Shown: positions 1 through 12,859, counted from the first letter of the stretch. The stretch is 64,000 nucleotides of DNA from Podospora anserina (GCA_017654855.1 CM030334.1:2728001-2792000), one strand, 5' to 3'. Translations and numbers: made by a program. The notes: generated by a model not told the origin, from the letters alone.

Positions 1-29
1 GTTGGGGATATCTTGTTGTTGGATGTTAT

Positions 30-206
30 GTACGAGTTTTTTAACTTATAGATCCGCGATACCCTTTGGGGCTGTTGTTCTCTTTTGGGTGTTTCCTCCA
101 CCAGGTGTGTCTGATTGGATTAGAACACCTGGTGGAGGAATCGCCTGAAGAGAAGAGCAGCTGCAAGGGGTATCGTGGATCTATATTTGTGTTGTAAGCT
201 TTGTAC
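30..206 (+). ncRNA. Long imperfect hairpin, candidate microRNA-like (milRNA) precursor
   Basis: 93-108 TTCCTCCACCAGGTGT pairs perfectly with 125-140; 47-66 pairs with 166-185; intervening arms also pair. Most non-Watson-Crick positions are G-U on the + strand. No credible ORF. Confidence 0.45.
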
Positions 207-935
207 GATCTGGGGGGATGGGGAGATAGTTGAGAGTTGAGAGTTGTGTTCAATTGGATTTAAGGTTTGGTTGATGGTGATTTGTGTTTTTTGATGTTTG
301 CTTTGATAATGGTGTACCGGTTGGCCGGTTGGTGTGTTTGGGAAGATAGGGGGTGGGTTGTGTTGTGGTTGTGTTGTAGGATTGGGCGTTGTGGCGTGCT
401 TGAGTTTGATAACATATATATATCTATATGTCACTATATCAACAACCTCGTTGTATCCAAAAGTTTGGGCTTTTCCAAGAGAAGAGCAAAGACGTGGATG
501 ATGATGATGATGATGAGTTGGTGTTTGTCAAAGTACGAGTACACAAAGATGCCGAACATTACTACTGAAAGCCCCGAATTCAAGAGAAAGGGAGCACACT
601 TGTTATGGTATCATCAAGATCAGATCTGTTGAATGGCAACATTCCTAGTCTAATGGGAACAAACATTAACAGACCAACGAGAAAATTGAACCCTTTGATC
701 TGATAGTATTGCCAACCCAAGCAGACATAACCAGACAAAACCTTTTTCCCTGGTGTGTTGCCCCTTTCCAACCTATTGTAGAATTTGGTATCTTGTTGCA
801 CGCTAAACAAACAAAAACATTCCCCATCCATCAATCTGCTCGAAAAAGTTGTTGAAAACCCAGGCATTCACAATCAATCCGTCCCGCTCGATGACATATT
901 TCCAACCTCCCCCCCTCCCATCACAATAGCCAAGC

Positions 936-3797
936 TCAATAATCGACCAACCTCAACCGTTTCCCAATCTCCGTCCGTCTCTTGGCCTGCTGCGTCGCCC
1001 GTTCACTCGCCTTCGTCTCCCCACCCTCGTAGCTCTCCCCCCTCGCCTTGAGCGCCTGAAGCAGCATCCCCGCGTCAAAGAAGCCATCTATTTTTTATTT
1101 TTTTCGTTAGTCATCATCATCACCCATACATCCGTATCAAAAAGGAAAACTTACAACCGCCCAACTCATCATCCTCACTCATCCCCAACAGGCTATCCTC
1201 CGTCGGACTCACGCTCCCATTCACACTGAACCCTCCCTTCCTCCCCAGATCACTGCCGCCGGTGATAAGTCGTCCCCGGAGTTTGGCCTTCGCAGTGGCA
1301 GAATCTTTGTGTGTAAGTTTCGGCTTGGCCTTCATCTCATCCACCTCCCTGGCTCTGCTCTGCTTGCTGGCAACCCCCGCCCCTCCATTTCTCTGGGCTG
1401 CGGTCAACCGCAGGATCCGGCGGATCTCCAAGAGGTAGGACTCAAGGGTATCGACGAAACGCTTGGTTTGGCGATGGCGGGAGGAGACACAAATAGAGAT
1501 GGTCTCGTCTTTGATGATATAGCCTATCCCGAAGCCATCTCCCGACACGGGGCCGAAGCCAAAGTGTCGCAGGGATGGGTTGCCGCAGTTGGAGGTGGAG
1601 AGGATGGTGGTGTTGAGCTTGTCCCAACCCGAGTCAGCAAAAATGAGGGGCAGTTGATGAGATGATCCATTAGGCGAGCGGGAACGGGAGGAGTGTCTAG
1701 ATGAGGCGGAATTGGTCCTGTTGCGGATGACGCTGCTGTTGGCGTCGTCACCATTGGTCGTGCCATTGGTCCCGTTGGTGTTGGTGGTAGCCGCGGGGGG
1801 GGCATGGACCGCAGACGAGGGGGTGGTGCCATTGTCGATAAGGTACTCGGCCGCTCTGCCGTGGGAAGAGCTGATATCAGACATGCCATCTACCGGAGAA
1901 GAGTACCCGTTGGTGCTATCGCCGTTGGAGCCAAAGTCATCGTCAACCATGCGCTGCCAGAGACAAAACAGGGCGTACAAATGACGATCACACCCTTGGG
2001 CTTTGGAGCAGTCGCGGGTGTTGGCTGTGTGACGTTGGCAGGCCTGCCTGAGAGCCTCAATCTTGTTCTCGGCCGGGTTGTCAGCCCAGAAGGTCTGGAC
2101 AAAGTTGACGGCTTCTTCCGAAACAGTGCGAATGGCTTCAGTGCGGCCATGAAGGAAGGTCTTGGTCATGGCTGGCTCGTACGTGCACTCCACTCTGCCG
2201 TAGAGACCGTAGTAAGCGGCTTGGAAGGCCATCTGGACAAAAGCATCGGGAGAGAAGCCCATGCTGGTAATGAAGTTCTTGCCATAGGCGCCAAAATCCA
2301 GGCACTCAAACTCGTTCTGTTCGATGAGATCGGCGAGTCTGGTCTCGGCAAAGCGGACAGCGATGCGAAGTTCAGGGATCATGTCCCATTCGAGCTTGTG
2401 AGGTGTGGTGCTGACATCGCCAAAGCTCTCAGGGTCACGCTTCGAGGGGTCGGGGCTGGTGGATGACCAGAGGGCTGGTGCCTTGCCGTTGATGGTCCGA
2501 GCAAAGCGGAGGATGGTGTCGGTGTAGATATCACTGGCAAAGCGAAGAACCGTGTGACCGTCGACACCAGTGTGCTCAAAGTTGATGCCGGCACTGCCGT
2601 TCTTGCAGACGATGATCTGCAGCTTGTCGTACCACCTGTTGGTGCAGGTTCCAATCTGGACACCCTTCTCGATCTCGCTGGTGCCGCAAAGCATGTTCTG
2701 GCAGAGGGCGGCAGCATCGGCAGGCTCTGTGTAGTCCAGGCAGACCACGAAGAGAGCTGTGTCGATGATGCTGAGGCAGTCGGCATTGTTGGAACCTGGT
2801 TCTCTGGTGATGACATCCCTCAAACCAGACCAGACCTTGCGGTTCTCGGTGCTGAGGACACCCAGGGCACCCTTCGCGGCCTCTTGAATGGGGATCTGTG
2901 CCGCATCGTCCACAATGGTCTGGAGATTGATGGCGATATCCTTCTCCGTCATGATCACGTCAGAGTTGTCATCCAAGACATCGAACCAATAAAATTGGCC
3001 ATGGCACATGACAATGAGATGCTTGGAGTCGGGATCCTGCTCAATCTGGCACCCATCCTCAGTGGGCACTCTGGCGGTGCCGAAGAGCCGTGAATACTGG
3101 TGCATGCACAGGGGCGTCCCCTTGACGGTGTCTGGTGGGAGCTCCTCCTTGCGGACAGCTCGAACAAACTCCAACGCCGACACAATCAGAGACGCAGCGC
3201 GCGTCACCTGATTGTTGCGGGCTGGTGTAGGGTCATCCTCGAGCAGGAAGAAGGGGTTGAGGTTGAGAACGACCGGATTATCGAAGTTCAGATATGAATC
3301 ATACCCTTGACTGTTAGCCAAAAGTCTTCATTCCATGACCAGCGAGCAAACAACTTACAGAACTGCTCAATATAACTGGTCTTCCCCTCCGCGTACGCCC
3401 TCAACTTTGCGTCCAGTTCTGGTCCTTCATTGTTGAGAAACTCTTGAACGGCATTCCTGGTATCTTGGTGTTCCCTTGGGCCCTGAAGCGGCTTGAGAGA
3501 AGAGAGATATCTCTGGCAGGTCTGCTCGAGGGCTGGGATGGGCAGCTTGGGTAACTCATCCTGATGAGCGTACGTGACTCCTCCCTTGGTCTTCTCCTCA
3601 CGAAAGGGACCCATGTCGTAGTTGCGAGCCTTGAGCACTGTGTTTCTTCTCGGCTTTGGAATCACTGGAAGGTCTGCGATGGTGCGAGGAGTTTCGGGTG
3701 GCGGTGACTGAGGTTTCGACTCAGCCGGCTCAAGTGGAAGGGTGAGAGTCTCACCGAGAGCTCTTGGTGTGGCGAAGTGACGGACTTGTGTAGGCAT
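936..3797 (-). CDS. facC: Carnitine O-acetyltransferase, FacC/Yat1 type; exons 3797-3359, 3305-1155, 1087-936
   Basis: Motifs LPKLPIPALEQTCQRYL, NRWYDK, catalytic FEHTGVDG, TYEPAMTKTFLHGRTEAIR, GQ-like GCDRHL, LSTSN, GFGPVSGDGFGIGY. GT-AG introns at 3306-3358 and 1088-1154 with CTAAC branch sites; last exon reads YGFFDAGMLLQALK...GKRLRLVDY*. Confidence 0.9.
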
Positions 3798-6520
3798 TTC
3801 TTGTCAGCTGGGGTGATCTGGATTCAAGCGTAGAGAGGCGAGACGGAGGTGCTGATGTTCAGGCCGCGCAGAGCTGTGCGGTAGAAGTAGTGACAATCTT
3901 GAAGACAGTAAGGTGGCATTCCACTGGAAATGCAGAGGTGAAATATTCTTAAGATGGTTGAGGGAAAGGAGCGAGAAAAGCGCGAGCTGGATCCTAGGGG
4001 GAATGGGGACAAACAAGACACCGGTCCTCGGCCGGGACAGTTCGGGATTATATGGCGGCGGGAAGCTCGGGGATGGGGATGAGGGAAGGTGGAGGAGTAG
4101 AGATATTGAGGCAGAGTGGACCCCCCATTTCCACGGCCCGCACTCACGGAGCTGTCCTCCTACTCATGAGTTGTAGCATGTGGGACTAGGCATCTCAATC
4201 ATAGACAGAGCTCGAAGAGCATGTGGCCTGTCTAAGCGCAACAAGGCGGGGAGGTCAGGAGTGATTGGACGTAGTGGGTTAGGAAGCCTCCTCCGCAGGC
4301 CCGAACGCTCAATCTGGATGCGCCCATCTAATGATGTGCCGAGCGGCGCACCACATTCTGGTCCCCAGGTCCGGGATAAGAAAACGAGAAAAGAGAGACG
4401 AGACGCAACGTACCCAGGAATCTAACAACCAACTGCTACTTGCGGCAATTCGACCGAGCTGTTCGGGACGGCGGACTGAGGCGTGGAACGGTGGGTAGTG
4501 TATGGATAAGGATGTAGTGAGATTTTTAGACGAGGCACACAGCAAAAGATGGTCGAGGGAGGGGCCGTCCGAGGAGTTCCCGTCGTCTGAACTTATTGCC
4601 CCGTGGTTGACTGGTTAGTCTCTGTCATTGTCAAGGTCATCTGCCTCTCCGGTGGCTTATCGCTCACATAACCACAAGGCCTATGCCAGCCGTTGACGGC
4701 AGCCCAGGCGTCGATGAACCAGGCTTCCTGACCTGCCTCTCCTGCGTCACAGGTGCAGACGACAGGGCGGGGGAGGGGGGGTGTGTGTTGATGGGGGGGC
4801 ACTGGGGGCACACAATGGAACTCCAGGCGGAATGGAACCGGGGTCTTGGTAAGGACGTCACTTTCTCCAAATGACGTTTAGATCCCCACCAATTGGCAGC
4901 CTCTAAAATGGAAGGCTTCCGTCTGGACACGGGTGTTTTTTGATGACTGGACAAAGACCAAAACGAAGACGAGACGGTGCTGCTGTCACAGTGCTCTCGG
5001 TGTAGACTACACGGGGCGATCGACCGGGAACGGCTTCGTCGAGGGCCTTGGTAAAGGTTGGTTGGTCTTCGGACAAGAGGATGTCGTGCGGTTGGGCAAG
5101 GGATCGAAGCACAGTTTCTGGGCTGCATCCAAGCACTCCACGTTCCACGGTGGGGTTTTCCTGGGGATTCGGTGCCAAGCCACTTGCAACGCTCTCCAGG
5201 TTTCCCCACACGGAGGAAGTCACTGTTATGGCGACGTGGGACTGTCAGTCAGAGATGGACAGTCTTCACTCGTTGGTGATGGCCTATTCTCTGGCAAAGA
5301 TTAGACAACCAGGAAGCTGGGACAACTGCAGGAAAGATAGATTACCTGTACGGACAGAGTAGGTGCACATAAGGTGAGGGGTACCAAGAGTCTGGACCAA
5401 GCTGAAGCGATGTCCAAAGCGGCTGGCAAGATAGGAAGAGGAATATAGTTCCAGCGAGATTTCCAGTGTCGGCTGCGCTCTGTGAGAGGGCGGGTGCCCA
5501 AGAGAATCAATCGTAAGCATGTGAACAAGACAGACGGGAGAAAGCCAAGAGTCAGCAGCGGCAGATGGGCCAAGAAACCCCATGTAGGCTAACCATCTCC
5601 CGGCCGAACGGATATGTGGGGCTGACCCAATGTCTCTGAGCCTCTTCAGACTTCAATGGTCAAAAAGGTCTCTTCTGTTGTGTGTCCGTATGCAACTTGT
5701 GTTCATCTTCAAAGTGCAATATATCCATGTTACAACGTCTGTTCCAGAAGCATCTTCCAGCTGGTTTCAGCACACTGGCTCCTCCCGCTGGGCATTCCAC
5801 GTGCAGATAGGATTCTCAGTTCTTGTTCCCCGCGGTAAGAGTTCGGATCAATGGACAGCCTCCAGGATCGAGCTGGCACGCCATGCACTTCATCCACTCT
5901 CTTTCAAGACATCCAATCAGAAATTCTCCAAAAAAGAAAATCCATGGATGGTGACGCTTCCCCAGATATTCCTAACATTTGGCACATGGCTGCCGCCGGG
6001 TGTGCCAGATGCATCGCCAACTGCCAAGCACCCCGCAACCGGTCTGTGCTGGTAGATACCCGAAGCCTTTCAAGATTGCCATTTCCTGCGGAAATTGGAT
6101 TCTCCGACTGCGGAGCTGGTGTACAGCGATTCAGGTTGTTGTTGACATTACGAGAAGACTTCGGGCAGAGCCTCACAGGGGTAGGCTTGGCCATCTGGTG
6201 GCGTTCTGTAATGCAGAACATCCCTGGGTGCAGAAGCTCAGCGGGCCCCTGTCGACGACGACCTCCCTAAACTTCCCAGATTCGAGGCCGGCTTCGGCGT
6301 TCCCGCTGGTTGTCTTTTCTGACAGGAAGCTGGACGAAATCATCAGATGGTTCAACCAATCTCTTACGTATTCGAGGGGCCATTGCCGGCATAAGCCGCA
6401 CACTCTGTACGGTGGGTCCATTCATAAAAGCTTGTGAGGCTATTTGGACGTCCAACCATCAAATACCCTGACTTAGGTCGCTCTGAATAGATATCAAAAG
6501 GGCATATGCAGACGATGAGG

Positions 6521-6602
6521 TTTATCTGAGATTTATCTGAGATTTATCTCCCACCGTTGGCTTGTTAAGTAAACAAACGGTCTGATGTTGGCAATCTGAT
6601 AA
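6521..6602. promoter_or_regulatory. Cluster of GATA-factor sites upstream of the 2EXR gene
   Basis: 11-bp tandem TTTATCTGAGA x2.6 (three AGATAA on the - strand, 6521-6549) plus ATCTGATAA at 6594-6602, matching the SreA-type ATCWGATAA consensus. Confidence 0.35.
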
Positions 6603-6865
6603 GATTAAATATTACCGATTAAGCTTTGTCAACGGTCTGGGCATGTCCCCGGTGTTAGGGAAAAAACAGCCACCACTGTAAAGAGCGCGGCTTACACGAT
6701 GGTTGCCTAACTGTGAGCTTTGCCAAACACCGTTAGCCACCTGCCATCTCAATCTCATCGAACCATTAAGCTTCGTGGCGTTTGTTTCCGATTTTCGCAA
6801 ACTGCAAACTACATCTCATTTTGGGATATTGATCATTTTTTCTAGCCCTTCTTTAAACAGCAAAT

Positions 6866-7687
6866 ATGTCTCTATTGTGGTATAACCGGGGCGAGGAAAA
6901 GACCCGGCTCCGGCTCGAGTTTCAAGTTGTCCACGATGGCCTGGATGAGGGGATTTCCAAACAACAACCAACCCAGACTTTCACCTGCTTTGGTGATCTT
7001 CCGCCAGAAATCCGACTATCTATCTGGGAAGTCTTGATCCAACCGAGGATCGTTCTGGCAGCATGTGTGGACAACCGGTGCAAGACCCAGAAACACGCCC
7101 AAATGGCCAAGCGTTCAACGACACGCTCCATCCCGGTCTTGCTTCATGTAAACCGCGAATCTCGCGCTCTTGCTCTCCGCCACTACGAGCTCACCTTTGC
7201 CTGGAAGATTCCGCCGAGATTGGCCGCCCCAGAAACGAGTGTGTTGCCCGCACAGGGTGACGCTCGTGTTTGGTTCAACTTCAACCTGGATGCTTTGCTC
7301 CTACTTGGCGAGCTCGAACCTTACGATGAGTTTGGCTTCAGCTCGCCCATGTCTCACTTCTTTCGCAAAGAGGACACCGCCCGCATAAAGCACATTGCCT
7401 GTGCCTTTGAGGAGCTACATCTCAGCCTCTACGAGTCCGATTCCATCTTTGGCACTTTGTTTCACATCATCGACCGTTGCCCTGCCGCTCAACGTCTCCT
7501 CATCACCACCACGACTGAAGACACAGAGACGCGCCACTTGAGACTGCCCACTCTTGACAACGTTGTCCAGAAGCTCTGGTGTGCTTTCCTAAACGGCACC
7601 ACCTGCGTCAACGAGTCTCTGGCCAACATGCAAATCCTCATGATCGCCGAGGATGGTCTCGCTTCGTTCATCAACGAGAACAGGTAG
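6866..7687 (+). CDS. 2EXR-domain protein
   Basis: 273-aa ORF with FTCFGDLPPEIRLSIWE, PVLLHVNRESRALALRHY and VWFNFNLDAL, the typical fungal 2EXR signature. Exact start uncertain. Confidence 0.8.
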   Translation: MSLLWYNRGEEKTRLRLEFQVVHDGLDEGISKQQPTQTFTCFGDLPPEIRLSIWEVLIQPRIVLAACVDNRCKTQKHAQMAKRSTTRSIPVLLHVNRESRALALRHYELTFAWKIPPRLAAPETSVLPAQGDARVWFNFNLDALLLLGELEPYDEFGFSSPMSHFFRKEDTARIKHIACAFEELHLSLYESDSIFGTLFHIIDRCPAAQRLLITTTTEDTETRHLRLPTLDNVVQKLWCAFLNGTTCVNESLANMQILMIAEDGLASFINENR

Positions 7688-8149
7688 CAGAAGCCTGGTG
7701 GTTGGATACGGGCTTCACGAGGAAGGGTTGGCATAGGGAATGCATAATCTCGCTTGCTAATGCTATGAATCCTTCAAACAGCGTTCCACCTGAAACCAGT
7801 GCTTTGCCTCCCAGGTAATGCATGTGAAGTCGCCGCCTTTCTCTCGTGTTTCATTTCTTCACCAGCCGCAATACCGAACAGCCATCGTTATACTTGTTAC
7901 AAACCCGCTTCCCAAGAGAAACCCATGGTCCCCACTCGTGTTCTCACGCCCTTTCAGCCAGCCCCGAAGTGCCGAGGTAGCAGATAGAGGCTCTTTAAAT
8001 CCCTCGCGTCATGTTCGTTTCCATATTTGCCGAGGTGGCGCCACACGGGCCGACCCGCGGTCGATCAAGGGGATCTGTCGTTTCGATCGACCCATATCCG
8101 CAGGGCCGTTTCCTTATCGTCGTTATCCCAAGCTTGGTTGCCCTCGGAT

Positions 8150-8511
8150 TTAGTAAGGAGGCTCTGGAGGATTGGGAGTAGGAGGTGTAGGAGCGGGAGG
8201 AGGTTGAGGCTTGCCCTGGCAAACGAAGGAGGATGCAGGAAGTAAATGCGCCATCTGTGGAAGAGGTTGACATTAGCCCTGTGGCACCCCGCTCTGCATT
8301 TCATGCAACATACCTTGGGAAGCTCCGGATTGGCTATCGCTGGATACGGCGTATTGATGAAGGTTGGTTCCGGTCCCTCCGTGCTATGTTTTGACGGTGC
8401 TAGTGTTCTAATAGGAACCTTAGGGACTGGTTGTTTAGCTTCGCTTCGGATCTCGGCGTCTGAAGAGGTTGAAGAGGATGAAGAATGCTGAGCAGGTCGA
8501 CTGGAAGACAC
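8150..8511 (-). CDS. Possible 3' part of a spliced orphan gene with a proline-rich C-terminus
   Basis: 59-nt intron 8255-8313 (GTATGT...GCTAAT...CAG) joins ...ANPELPK in frame to MAHLLPASSFVCQGKPQPPPAPTPPTPNPPEPPY*. 5' end unresolved. Confidence 0.3.
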
Positions 8512-10302
8512 CTGGTGATCAGCTCCTCTTTAAGCACTGCGAGGACCCGATGTCCCCCACACACTTGACTTTCTCAAAAGAGGCCTGAGCGAAGACTCCT
8601 CCCTTGAGGGGAGGGCGAGAGATACAGTTCCATCTTGGCCATGGGCCCCCGATAGTGAGACCAGCCCACTGCTCCTATCGAAAGGCCTCCAGCACTGCAT
8701 GTGGCATCCCACTCGGACGCGGGTTGATGGACAGGGTTGCGTGGTGACTCGTCTGCCAGGCTCTCTCAGGAGCCCGGCTGATTCGACTGCTCGATGATGG
8801 GGGGCAGTACATGGTGCCCGGCAGCAGCGCACGGATAATAAACCCACAATCTGATGATTGCGGAACACCCTCATCCTTGGACTGAACCGGAATCTTGATC
8901 ATCCCAAGCAGGGGTCGAAATCTATGCAAAGCTGTCCAGGTGACAGGTCGCGGGAACGTGGTGGTCTGGCATCCCAGAGATTAAAGGGCGTGTTAAGGCC
9001 GCACGTTTAAGCCGCAGCCCACTCCGGTGACGCTATGGATCTCTATCAAGCCCACGCCATCGAGACGTTCCCCGCTATACATGCTTCGCCTGTCTCCTAG
9101 CGTTTGTCCTCGACTACGGACTATGTCCTGCAGGGCGGCCGCTCCAGCCGTTTGGCGGTTTTGGAAACAACAGGGCAGCATGGCTGTTTACGAGAAACGG
9201 ACCGACGGCATGTTTCCAAGCGGAAGAGCATGTCGTTCTGGTGGCTCTAGAGTGGATTCGAAAGCTTGCCCGCAGCGTATGCGGCCATAGGTCCCATTTT
9301 CCAAGTGACATTCTGGTTAAACAGCCAGGACACGAGGACACGATAATATCCACGATAATGCTCAGCGAACCGACCCACAGTTGACACAAGTCCGGGTCGA
9401 CCAAACAGGCAAGCAGTGTAAAAAATAAATGGTAAAAAGGTGGGATATCTGGCAACCCAACCCGGCATCTCAAGTCCTTTGACAGGTGGGACACTGTGAC
9501 GGGCGACCCGCTCTATGGGGGAGGGGGAGGGGGGAGCCCCTGAGACACCGCGCAGTACCGAGTCCGATGCCACGCAGTCTGTTCTTTTCTCTGCGCCATC
9601 GATCATTGACCGTACCCGCCGACGCACAGCGGGATGGGCTGCTCTCTGCAGGAATGACTTGCTTCTTACAGACGGTGGAGCATGACGGTGGCTTGCGAGG
9701 TTCTGTCTCTCTCCCGTGTCCTGAAGCTCCTCGGTACCATTCAGGACGGGTTGAGCCCCCTGTCCCCCACATGGATGGATGTTATGTTTCATACAGAGTC
9801 CGTGAGAGCCACGTGCGGCCATTTCTTTTTTCTTTTTTTTTTCTACGAGAATCTGATATCAGCCTCGTCAACCTCGGGCTTGTCGGTGTTGACATCGTCT
9901 GGAATTTTCTCAGATCATCAAGACCTGCGGGGGGGGTGGTTGGAGGTTGATGGCTGACCCCCAATTGTTATCACTTTTCTCTAGTGACAAGTCAGATATC
10001 ACACTCCAAACCTCACCAACGTCCCTCTCGTGCCCTGGCATATTGCACCTCCGAACTCGTCTCTCTGTCACCTGTCTCTGCAGATCCGGAGCGCGTTGGA
10101 GGAAAGGTCAAGCATTCGACATGTCTGTTACAGTCTGCCCTAGCGAAATATTAGGGGGATCAACCCCGCCAAAACGTTGACACTAACACCGTTCAGCCGG
10201 CCCCGCTTTTTACCCTTCTCCAGTCCTTTCTCGGGGGGAAAGTTCTCTTCTAGAATCTTTCCCGTTCGAATCATTCACCTATTTTAAGAGGCGGCCTGTA
10301 TC

Positions 10303-10303
10303 C

Positions 10304-10334
<31 letters not shown>
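10303..10334. repeat. (CAA)n microsatellite
   Basis: About 10 perfect CAA units. Confidence 0.9.
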
Positions 10335-11697
10335 TCTTGGGCGGGTGGTAGATATCTTATTCAGTTCTTATTTACCAACCCTCCCCCACGCCGTAGATAG
10401 TTGGACAAAGAAGCCTCATTGTTTCCCCTGGCGCCATGACGTTATATTCGCTACCCCGATTCTATACATATCAATATACCACTTATAATGGGGGAAGGCC
10501 AACCCCAACCCCCATGGTATGGAGAGGAGAGGAGGGAGTTTGGAAACGCGATCGGTCTTGGTACACAGGGCATTGCTGAAAGGTTTAAGCGCATCTATGG
10601 CGTGCATGAAATGACTGACAGGGATTTTCATGGTAACCACAAAACAGGCACAAGCAAGAAGGGGGGAGGGGGTTGGAACACACACACAAGTGCCACATTG
10701 GGAAACCCGGCCGTTCCTCATAGGTTGAAACTCGCATCCGTGTCCTCTCATTGCGGATGGGGTGGGTTTGTAAGATGGCAAGTTTTTTTCTTCTTCATTG
10801 TTCTTCTTTGTCGGAGTTTGATGTTGTTCTTCTTCTTCCCCGCGGTATTCGTTACCGTACCTTTGGTGGTGGATAAGGGTGAATTGAATGCCGGGAAGCC
10901 GGAGGAAACCCCGCCTTTCTTTTTGGAGGTCATGAAGTGGAAATAGTGCAAGGATATGAAGAAAAAACAACGCAACCCCGCCCTTATGTATGCTGAGGCT
11001 CTTGGTAGGCTGGTTTTGGTTGGTGTTGGGCATATCGCGATCGGATTTTTCTTGGCCAGAGCAGGTGTATGTTCAGTGTTATGGGGTTTATGCGGGAGAT
11101 TGACGACAGAGGGAGGAGGGGTTCATATTGGATCAATTGATAGGTGTATGATAGAGGGGCAATTCCAATGATGAGGTAAGAAGAGATGGTGATACCTGAC
11201 ATATGATGATGGTAGGTGATGGTGGTGGTGGTGGAGGATGAGAAATCGCGCGCGCCGCGTGTAACAAGGGCGGCTCTGTCATATGCTTTTTTTTTCTTGT
11301 TGCGTCTCTCGCTTGATGGGTTGTTGCCTTGGTAAAGTATGCTTGAGGTGGACACCTGGCTACCATCATCCCGGCCATGGGGGATGGGATGGGGAGAGAG
11401 GAGAGGGGGGTGTTGCCTCCTCTAAGCCGAGCAACGACCGACTGTGTTGGTTGGATACGGTAGTGGGATGTGGTGAGGAGACAAAGAGTGGGTTTGACTG
11501 CCGGTTGACCGTTGGCGTTGTACTAAAAGGGGAGAGTACTATCTCGGTTTGCTGTTGCGTTTTCTTTTTCTCTTTTCCTCTCTTTGTTTTTCAAGATAGT
11601 TTCTTGAACTTTTTGTTTACCCAAGACATCCATCTGTTGGAGCATCAACACCACACCACCACCCATCACCAACCTTCCCGCCCTCACCACAGCCAAA

Positions 11698-12459
11698 ATG
11701 TCCCACGTGACCCCCCACTGGCCCCAACCCTCCCACCCCACCATCCAACAAGTCATCTACGCCACCGACGACACCTCCTTCACAACCAAATCCCTCTCCC
11801 TCATCACCCTCCCCCCCTTCGGCCTCTTCGCCAAGCTAGACTTCCCCCCCTGCACCCCCGCCCCCTCCCCAACCTATGCTACTGTCCAGTGCGGGATCAA
11901 CTCCCACCTCAACCTCAACTCTGACCTCCTCTACATCAACCACTCGTGCGACCCCTCCCTCATCTTCGACACCACCAACCTCGTCGTCATGGCCGGACCA
12001 AAAGGGCTCAAAGTCGGGGAGGAACTCACCTTCTTCTACCCCTCGACTGAATACGCCATGGCCCAGCCGTTCGACTGCTTCTGTGGAAGCAGCAGCTGTA
12101 AAGGACGGATCAGCGGCGCGAGGGATATGAAGCCTGAGCAGCTGGAGGGTATGTTTCTCAACGCGCATATTAGGGAGCTGCTGGGGATGAACGGGACAAA
12201 GGGGGGACAAGATGATGAGACCGCAAAGGCGCTGAGGGAGGTTGTCAGGGCTGCCGAGCGGGCTTTGGACGGGTACTTGGCTGCTAAGGCTGGTGCTGCC
12301 GGCAAGGGGGAGGAAAAGAAAATCAATGGGGTGAAGAAGGTTTTGAACGGGGGTTATGCCAACGGAAACGGGATCGAGATTGAGGCTGAGGGGCTGAGGG
12401 CCAGGGGAACGACGTCACGGGAGCTGAGCGGGGAGATGGGGGGTGATACGAGGGCTTAG
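11698..12459 (+). CDS. Small SET/post-SET domain protein (putative lysine methyltransferase)
   Basis: YINHSCDPS (NHSC motif), GEELTFFY (ELxFDY-like) and post-SET FDCFCGSSSCKG; AAAATG start context. Confidence 0.85.
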   Translation: MSHVTPHWPQPSHPTIQQVIYATDDTSFTTKSLSLITLPPFGLFAKLDFPPCTPAPSPTYATVQCGINSHLNLNSDLLYINHSCDPSLIFDTTNLVVMAGPKGLKVGEELTFFYPSTEYAMAQPFDCFCGSSSCKGRISGARDMKPEQLEGMFLNAHIRELLGMNGTKGGQDDETAKALREVVRAAERALDGYLAAKAGAAGKGEEKKINGVKKVLNGGYANGNGIEIEAEGLRARGTTSRELSGEMGGDTRA

Positions 12460-12859
12460 GTTGGGGGGATGGGAAGAAAATGAGGGACGGGGGGACAGGC
12501 TGGTTTTAACACGGCTTGTTGTTTCTTTTGTTTTTCTTTTGGATGAGTGAAAGAGAGGATGTCCAACATATCCTTGTTTTGTAGTCGCATTTTGGCTTTG
12601 ACAGTTGAATGCATTTTGTTATTTGCCTTATGTTTGCAACTTTGACTTTGATCTCGTAAAATTTACAGAGGAGAGTGGTATCATATTTTACATCTGCCTC
12701 CAACTCCCACCAGCCCCTTTCCCAATGCTCACATAACCGCTTGCCAGCACCTACCCCCCTCTTGTTACGCCTGATGTACAATAACCCATAAATACACCCC
12801 GCCCATTCATTCATAAGCATAGACATGAAACTCATAATCGCACACTTGCTTCCCCAGTA

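Noticed and set aside
4026-4574. CCTCGG/CCGAGG FarA-type sites upstream of the carnitine acetyltransferase
   Set aside because: Biologically plausible, but two hexamers in GC-rich DNA are not distinguishable from background.
4600-6450. Many 60-180 aa ORFs in all frames
   Set aside because: No domain signature, codon bias or consistent splice model.
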